From a virus (taxonomy: Duplodnaviria; Caudoviricetes): a stretch of 64,000 nt of DNA. The translations under genes and the position numbers were made by a program. Below, piece by piece: positions 58,093 to 64,000 of the stretch. Position 1 is the first letter of the stretch; every line of letters begins with the position of its first letter. Below the pieces are notes generated by a model, which had not been told where the DNA came from, made no database searches, and saw only the letters and a program-made list of their open reading frames with translations. The DNA is taken from positions 14,971 through 78,970 of IMG/VR virus record IMGVR_UViG_3300020577_006243; one strand, given 5' to 3'.

Positions 58093-58494
58093 TCACTCTT
58101 TTATATAAATTGGTTTTAATCTTGGCTCTATTGCTATTGTATCATAATTCCCATCACCAAGCAATCTATATTTGTCGTATAGTTCAGGAAGATACCTTTT
58201 AACATAGTGGTGCAGAAAGTAATATTCTCCGCTCGTTTGCCTTCTAACAAATTTATAATCGCCTTGCAATGAACCAATGTATAACTCATCTGTTATCTCT
58301 TCTGGTTGTATCTCTGCCTTTAACACATCTCTAATTGTATGTTTTATGTTTTGTGAAGCAATAAATCCATAAAGATGGCTAATATACAAACAATCTTTAT
58401 CAATATGAAATTTATAATCAAGGCTATGATTGTTAATTTCCATCTTGATTATAAATGCTGAACTATATATTTCATCTGGAGTTACTGTTTTCAC
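58093..58494 (-). CDS. KY(K/R)LL-family protein
   Basis: YFLHHYVKRYLPELYDKYRLL near the C-terminus. Confidence 0.6.
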   Translation of the reverse strand: MKTVTPDEIYSSAFIIKMEINNHSLDYKFHIDKDCLYISHLYGFIASQNIKHTIRDVLKAEIQPEEITDELYIGSLQGDYKFVRRQTSGEYYFLHHYVKRYLPELYDKYRLLGDGNYDTIAIEPRLKPIYIKE

Positions 58495-58916
58495 TTAAAA
58501 TTTTCCTTGTCTAATAATTTGTATTTCTCATACATTTCTGGCATATGTAATTTCACATAATGATGCAGAAGATAGTACGTCATCTTGTCTTCTTTAATGA
58601 TGCCAGAGCTAACAATTTTTGTATCGTCGTTGAAACTACCAATAACCATCTCCTCTGTTATATCCTTTGGTTCAACTCTTAAATCTGTTTTAATCAAATC
58701 AAATTCCATAGAAATTGCTTTTCCATTTTCATACATATAATCTATTTCAAGAGTTTTCTTATTAACTGAAACTTGATAATCCCCAAGTTGATAATAATGA
58801 TACGGTAATATTTGATCTACCACTCCCTTTGGAGCGACAATGTGGTTTACCTGTCCTTTATTTATTTCTTGATAAATTGTAGCGGATATGTTTGTAATTA
58901 ATTCACTTAAATTCAT
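58491..58916 (-). CDS. KY(K/R)LL-family protein
   Basis: YLLHHYVKLHMPEMYEKYKLL. Confidence 0.6.
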   Translation of the reverse strand: MNLSELITNISATIYQEINKGQVNHIVAPKGVVDQILPYHYYQLGDYQVSVNKKTLEIDYMYENGKAISMEFDLIKTDLRVEPKDITEEMVIGSFNDDTKIVSSGIIKEDKMTYYLLHHYVKLHMPEMYEKYKLLDKENFK

Positions 58917-59191
58917 AGGTCATTATTAGGAACATCTGCGTCTCTAACCTTTTTCGCTTCTTCAACATCTTGTTTAATATTCATTATAGCAGACTTCTTA
59001 CTATCTGCAATCTGTTTTCTTAAATTAACGCATTGATCGTGTAAATTATGTATTACTGCAACTAACACTTCTGTATCTACTCCCTTTGCTTCAACTTCTT
59101 CATTAATCATAACCATCCATTCTATCAAATCAAGAAGGCTTACATAAGGTTCTCCATTCACTACTTGTGCGTCTATTTTTATTTCATTCAT
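58913..59191 (-). CDS. Hypothetical protein
   Basis: ATGA-coupled ORF. Confidence 0.5.
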   Translation of the reverse strand: MNEIKIDAQVVNGEPYVSLLDLIEWMVMINEEVEAKGVDTEVLVAVIHNLHDQCVNLRKQIADSKKSAIMNIKQDVEEAKKVRDADVPNNDL

Positions 59192-59601
59192 GTAATTTTA
59201 AAAAACTCCTTAAATTCTTTTTTCTCTCTTTCGTTAAATCTTTCAAACTTCCCATCATTCAAAGACCAAACATATTCCATACGAAAATAGTCTTCGTCAT
59301 CCATTTTGTTTTTTAAAAGAAAAAAACCACCAACACAACTACCGTATGTTTTATTACCCCTCATATCCTCTAAGATATAATAGTGGTCATCATTGTCACT
59401 CATAATACCAATTAGTTTTCTTACTGAAAAACTATCGTCTAATACTAATTCATCACAATGCCTATAGATATTTTGAACAATATCACGATAATTGTCAAGA
59501 GATAGATTATGAGCCATTTCAAACTCTTTCCAAAGTGCCTCTTTACCAATCACTTCTCTTCTTTCTATATAGTCCATTAACTTACCCAAATCTTCCACCA
59601 T
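59188..59601 (-). CDS. Hypothetical protein
   Basis: ATGA-coupled ORF. Confidence 0.5.
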   Translation of the reverse strand: MVEDLGKLMDYIERREVIGKEALWKEFEMAHNLSLDNYRDIVQNIYRHCDELVLDDSFSVRKLIGIMSDNDDHYYILEDMRGNKTYGSCVGGFFLLKNKMDDEDYFRMEYVWSLNDGKFERFNEREKKEFKEFFKIT

Positions 59602-59816
59602 TTTCTTTCATAATATTTGCAATCATGATATTGATTTAATTCCTTGTGGTCATAAATACGAAAGTCTTCATAAGGTTCAAAACAATAAGGGTGAAAACAT
59701 TCTTCTTTTATTTTTACAGAATACACATCATCTAATTTAAAATGTTTACAATTCTCACAATAGACATTATTTTTTTGCATTGAAAAACCCTGGGAATTTC
59801 TTTTTCTTTTCTTCAA
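59577..59816 (-). CDS. Small Cys-rich protein
   Basis: CENCKHF...CFHPYC...CKYY; true start probably the second Met. Confidence 0.45.
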   Translation of the reverse strand: MKKRKRNSQGFSMQKNNVYCENCKHFKLDDVYSVKIKEECFHPYCFEPYEDFRIYDHKELNQYHDCKYYERKWWKIWVS

Positions 59817-60414
59817 GAGCCTTTTTCTTTTCTGGAGGTAGTTGGTCTTCTGTTAGAGCCTTAAAATCTTGAGCCATTTTTTTCAAAAGGTCTTCACCAG
59901 AAGGTTCTGACGCACCCTTTCTTTCAAGTGCGGCTTGTGCCCTTGCTAACTCCTGTGCTTCCTGTTCTGCTTTATTAACCTGAACAATTGCTGTCACACC
60001 GTTTGGTTCCTCTTTCACTTCAAACACGTTAACTTTCTTTGGAGTTGGAAGTCCATTACTTCCAATTGTTTGTGTTGGTGCTTGACCTTGATGAATATAC
60101 ATTTCTGGATTTGTTGCACTAAATGGAACAACTGGAGCGTCGTTATTAGGAACAGCATATTGAAATGGCTGATGATAACTCTGCCCTGATATTGACATAA
60201 TCTTTTGACAAATATCTACAAAGGCTTGACTATCGCCTTCACCCTTAAATGATAAAAGAGTTTTTTTGTCGCTCTTTCTTACAATTTTGATCTTATCAAA
60301 AAATCTTTGAACTTCTTTGATCTCGGATTCTGTATCACTCAATTCCTTTTTTGTAATATGACAAATGTACTCATCGTTTTCTACTGTTAGATTTTCTATT
60401 AGTTCTCTTTTCAT
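59767..60414 (-). CDS. Hypothetical protein with a Pro/Gln-rich linker
   Basis: Long ORF in the operon. Confidence 0.55.
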   Translation of the reverse strand: MKRELIENLTVENDEYICHITKKELSDTESEIKEVQRFFDKIKIVRKSDKKTLLSFKGEGDSQAFVDICQKIMSISGQSYHQPFQYAVPNNDAPVVPFSATNPEMYIHQGQAPTQTIGSNGLPTPKKVNVFEVKEEPNGVTAIVQVNKAEQEAQELARAQAALERKGASEPSGEDLLKKMAQDFKALTEDQLPPEKKKALEEKKKKFPGFFNAKK

Positions 60415-61144
60415 CTTTTTCTTTTACCTCTTTTTTCTTTACCTCTTTATCCTCAGTCCCGTCTGCTTTAATTAACTTAGTATCAGCAAACTTTTCATCT
60501 TCTGGAAATCTCTGATGGTAGTATCTATAATTAGTAATTGGTTCTCCATGAACACTACCATAATATTTTTCAACTACCCATGCATAAGCAATTTGGTCAT
60601 AATCATAATCAAGAGTTTTGTGTCCATATAAATCAATACATGGCTTAACATATTTTTTAATCTCATCCATCATAAATTTCCAAACTTCTTTTGGTTTTAA
60701 ATCTTTATAAACGTAATATGGATATTGATCCGTCTCTTCTTGCGTTCTTTCATCGTTAATTATCCCTTTCAATATTCTATTTAAAGATTTTAAATAAGTA
60801 TTTTCTTTGCCATATGGATGACCATATTTTTCAACTAATCTACATATAAATTCTTTTATTGTTGGGTTTGTAAGTTTATATTCTTCCCACCAATCAAATG
60901 GTTCATTACCATTCTTTGCCGATATTTTACCAGACTTCTTAGCCTTTGGAGAGTAATGTTCAACTACCTCTGCATCTTTTAATTCTTTTTTATTAAACCT
61001 TAAATCTGGCAGTATTTTAGTTAAATAGCGTTTCTCGTCAGCACTATACTTTATACACTGAAAAACTTTTTCTTTTCCAGTACCACTTGTTTTTACAAGG
61101 AGAAACAACTTATCATCAATTCTTAATACATCGCCCTTTTTCAT
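60371..61144 (-). CDS. Hypothetical protein
   Basis: Long ORF in the operon. Confidence 0.55.
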   Translation of the reverse strand: MKKGDVLRIDDKLFLLVKTSGTGKEKVFQCIKYSADEKRYLTKILPDLRFNKKELKDAEVVEHYSPKAKKSGKISAKNGNEPFDWWEEYKLTNPTIKEFICRLVEKYGHPYGKENTYLKSLNRILKGIINDERTQEETDQYPYYVYKDLKPKEVWKFMMDEIKKYVKPCIDLYGHKTLDYDYDQIAYAWVVEKYYGSVHGEPITNYRYYHQRFPEDEKFADTKLIKADGTEDKEVKKKEVKEKDEKRTNRKSNSRKR

Positions 61145-61365
61145 TCTTCCTTCTCTGTTATAATAACATAATATTTGCTTTCTATAATCATTTTAAGATT
61201 TTCAATGGCTTGTTTCCATACTTTCTTTGGACTGCTGAAAAATACTTTCTGTGCGAGAATTCCATAAACAGGATGCTCAACATTATGCCCAGCACTTGTC
61301 GTATTTTCATACATTCTACATCTGTCAATTTCTTCTTTTAATATTTGTTTAACATCGTATTTCAT
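61141..61365 (-). CDS. Hypothetical early protein
   Basis: Promoter TTGACA-16-(TGG)TATAAT at 61377-61404 and AGGA RBS. Confidence 0.55.
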   Translation of the reverse strand: MKYDVKQILKEEIDRCRMYENTTSAGHNVEHPVYGILAQKVFFSSPKKVWKQAIENLKMIIESKYYVIITEKEE

Positions 61366-61405
61366 TTCAAATTCCTATTATACCAGATTTAATTCTTTTG
61401 TCAAA

Positions 61406-61588
61406 TTACTTTGAATATACTTTTAGAATGACAAATTCGTCATACATAGTTGAGTATTCGGCTAAAATTGAAATAATCTGTGCTTCTGCCTGCTCAAGAT
61501 CATCAAAATTATTCCATAATTTTGCAGAAAGAAATTCTTCTGGCATCCCGTTTTTTGCCAGTTTAAATATTTTATAAATTTCTTTCAT
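61406..61588 (-). CDS. Hypothetical protein
   Basis: Small ORF in the operon. Confidence 0.45.
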   Translation of the reverse strand: MKEIYKIFKLAKNGMPEEFLSAKLWNNFDDLEQAEAQIISILAEYSTMYDEFVILKVYSK

Positions 61589-61591
61589 TAC

Positions 61592-61825
61592 TTAATCACC
61601 AATTCCTGTTTCATATTCCAAATCTTCTACAGCCTTCATAAAACTTGGTTCTGTTGACTTTCCTCTTACAGAAGTTCCTCTATAATGCCCACCAATATAA
61701 ACACCCCCATTATTCCACGATATTTTCAATTCTCCAGCAATGTCCATTGCTTCCATAATTATAGTATCTATTGATACTAAATCACGCCCTTCTCTTTTTA
61801 GTTTGTCAACAATTTTTTCTTTCAT
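61592..61825 (-). CDS. Hypothetical protein
   Basis: Directly follows the polymerase gene. Confidence 0.5.
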   Translation of the reverse strand: MKEKIVDKLKREGRDLVSIDTIIMEAMDIAGELKISWNNGGVYIGGHYRGTSVRGKSTEPSFMKAVEDLEYETGIGD

Positions 61826-64000
61826 TTATTGCTCCAAAATGTGATGCGTTATCAATGTATAGGAATTAAACAGTTCTTGGTATTCAAGCCTGAACGCTCC
61901 CAATGCCCCTTTCTTTTGTAGTTCATCACTCATCTTGTTTTCCCAAACTTTTACTTTCGCTACATCAACTTGATCCGTCAACGTTAGTTCAAGATATGGT
62001 TTTTTATTTTTAGTTTTCTTTACTTTAAAATCAGTAACGATCGCAAGAACATTATCACTCTCGTCTTCTCGTTCAGAGATTGAGCAAGTTTTAATCCCTT
62101 GTTTGCTGTACCATTTCTTTGCAAATTTGATAGGGTCTTCAAGTAGATACATTTCAAGATACTTTTGTTCATACTCTAATTTTTCAAACAGAGTACAATC
62201 TTCAATGTTGTAGTCTTTTATTTGTTTAAATATGTCTTCAAATTTAATTCTCTTACTTTCTGTTTTGAGTTTTTTCTTTGATTGATAAACTTTAAACAAT
62301 TCAAATAGTTGAAATAACATTCTTCTATTTGGGTATAATTCATCGAGCGCACCTAACATTATCAGTGGCTCAACTGTTTTGATATTGAAAGAGATATTAT
62401 CAAGAGCAAGAAAGAAATCAACTATGTTTTCAAATTTACCATTCTTGTTTCTCTCTTCAATGATATTATCAATAATTTTCTTTGACACACCTTTAATCAT
62501 CTTGAACCCTGGGAGTAATGTGTTTGTTTCTGTGTCAATATCAAATTCATAATTACTTCTGTTAATATCAAATGTCCCAACATTAACGCCTCTCATTTTT
62601 GCATCTGTAAAGAATTGAGAAAGCGTTTGTCTATCATCTTCAAAGTCACAAAGAACTTTATAGAAAATCAACGGATACTTTGCTTTGAAATAAGCATCAA
62701 TATATGCAACAGCACTATAGGAAGTAGCATGACTTTTATTGAAAGAATAACCTTGAGCATCTGCAAGAAATTGAACAAACTTATCAGTTTGTTTATCATC
62801 AAAACCTTTCTTCTTTGCACCTTTCCTGAACTTACTCATCATTTGTTGATATTCATAATACTCAATACTGTTCTTATCTGGATTTTTATTTCTCGTCAAT
62901 TTCTTTAGAATTGCTCTTGCCCTGTCAGCTTCATTAAGTGTAAAACCACCAACAATTTGCATCATTTGCATTGTTTGTTCTTGATAGATTACAAGACCAT
63001 AAGTAAGTTTTAATGCTTCTTCAAGGTCTGGATGCTCATAAGTAATCATCTCAGGATTTTTCATTCTATGGACAAGATCATCAAACTGATTGATTGCACC
63101 TGGCCTGTATAAAGCATTGATGATACATACGTCGTTGAATGATTTTATCTCTGCTTGTTTAAGACAGTTTCTAATACCATCACTACCGAATTGAAACACT
63201 CCAATAGTATCATAATTATCAAATACTTTGATTACATCTGGATCATTATAATCACCTTTATAAATGATTTGTTTATATAGTTCGTTGCCATCTATGTTAT
63301 AGTACTTTTTAAGATTGTCAAACATTTTCATGTTTTTTGATACGTTGATAAGTCCAAGCCAATCAAATTTAAGAAGGCCAAATGCCGATACTTCTTTTGC
63401 GTGTCCGCCTTCTTGAAGTCCAAGAAGAATTTCCCCTCTAACCTTTTTTAATGGTGCGAAATCTTTGAAAGGTTCTGCTGACACAGCGATACCTGATGCG
63501 TGTTTACCTGTCTTATCAACCTGACCATTGATCTTTAATGCATATTGGAATAGTATTTCTTCACAGGTAAGGTTTCTATGTTCTTTAAGAAGAAACTTAA
63601 CATACTTTGGTTTTGAGTTTAAGAAATCTTGAGTTTTCTTTGATAAACTCTTTTTCAATTTTTGAAATGATGCAATTTGTGTTTCAAAGTCATTACCTTC
63701 ACCAACATCACTCCCAAAGTAATCTGATATTTCTTTTACGATGCTCATATCATCTGTTAATGACATAGATCGGCATAACATTCTAATAGTTGATTTCGGG
63801 CTATAATAACCTATAGTTTGTATATGCCCAACATTATCTTGCCCATGTTTATCAACAAGATATTTTTCTACTAAATCTTTAGCTTCTGCCGATAAGTCTA
63901 TGTCACAATCGGGACTATCCCCAAGAGAAAAAATATGAGGAATGTTATTTTTAATCGGGTCAACATCAGTAATACCTAATAAATATGCAAATACAAGACC
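61826..64000 (-). CDS. dnaE: DNA polymerase III alpha subunit (C-family), 5'-truncated
   Basis: Frame open from 64000: LVFAYLLGITDVDP, PDCDID, GKHASGI, KFDWLGL, GVFQF, INALYRPG, LVIYQEQ, YSFNKSHA, C-terminal OB fold. Confidence 0.93.
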   Translation of the reverse strand, partial: GLVFAYLLGITDVDPIKNNIPHIFSLGDSPDCDIDLSAEAKDLVEKYLVDKHGQDNVGHIQTIGYYSPKSTIRMLCRSMSLTDDMSIVKEISDYFGSDVGEGNDFETQIASFQKLKKSLSKKTQDFLNSKPKYVKFLLKEHRNLTCEEILFQYALKINGQVDKTGKHASGIAVSAEPFKDFAPLKKVRGEILLGLQEGGHAKEVSAFGLLKFDWLGLINVSKNMKMFDNLKKYYNIDGNELYKQIIYKGDYNDPDVIKVFDNYDTIGVFQFGSDGIRNCLKQAEIKSFNDVCIINALYRPGAINQFDDLVHRMKNPEMITYEHPDLEEALKLTYGLVIYQEQTMQMMQIVGGFTLNEADRARAILKKLTRNKNPDKNSIEYYEYQQMMSKFRKGAKKKGFDDKQTDKFVQFLADAQGYSFNKSHATSYSAVAYIDAYFKAKYPLIFYKVLCDFEDDRQTLSQFFTDAKMRGVNVGTFDINRSNYEFDIDTETNTLLPGFKMIKGVSKKIIDNIIEERNKNGKFENIVDFFLALDNISFNIKTVEPLIMLGALDELYPNRRMLFQLFELFKVYQSKKKLKTESKRIKFEDIFKQIKDYNIEDCTLFEKLEYEQKYLEMYLLEDPIKFAKKWYSKQGIKTCSISEREDESDNVLAIVTDFKVKKTKNKKPYLELTLTDQVDVAKVKVWENKMSDELQKKGALGAFRLEYQELFNSYTLITHHILEQ

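Noticed and set aside
4364-62908. The many 60-200 aa ORFs nested antisense or out of frame inside long genes (e.g. 4364, 6705, 32600, 47958, 50757, 62615)
   Set aside because: Fully contained in well-supported genes, with no start signals or recognisable motifs.
1-64000. tRNA, rRNA or tmRNA genes
   Set aside because: No cloverleaf or T-arm/D-arm consensus seen in the few intergenic gaps; a tRNAscan/Infernal run would settle it.

Overview
A 64-kb, AT-rich segment of a large T4-like (probably jumbo) myophage genome; both end genes are truncated by the window. The + strand carries mostly virion genes: tail fibres/adhesins (1-9.7 kb and 13.6-20.2 kb), a gp26-like baseplate hub with an apparent +1 frameshift extension, a gp15-like tail terminator, two M23 peptidases, two tandem-domain enzymes (zincin x2, kinase-like x2) and a phage sigma factor. 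The - strand carries early, replication and accessory genes: DnaE-type polymerase, SbcC and SbcD, tubulin/FtsZ-family GTPase, thioredoxin, DEDDh exonuclease, rIIA, GGCT, a deaminase, an intact GGDEF-EAL enzyme and many small ORFs. A Lsa36-like outer-membrane protein and a spirochaete-type lipoprotein suggest a Leptospira-like host (inference from remembered family features, no search run). Main observations: (1) at least 10 proteins with different N-termini end in a shared short domain with the motif (P)xx[YF][DEQK]KY[KR]L[LI]; (2) a (T/A)AAGTTA(A) motif lies 4-12 nt before start codons of virion genes, while early genes use sigma70 promoters that appear leaderless; (3) a candidate +1 frameshift at TTC AGG AGG; (4) two independent cassettes of a small unannotated ribbon-helix-helix gene plus an endonuclease. 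No tRNA, rRNA, CRISPR array or reverse transcriptase was seen. All family assignments come from motif recognition by eye.
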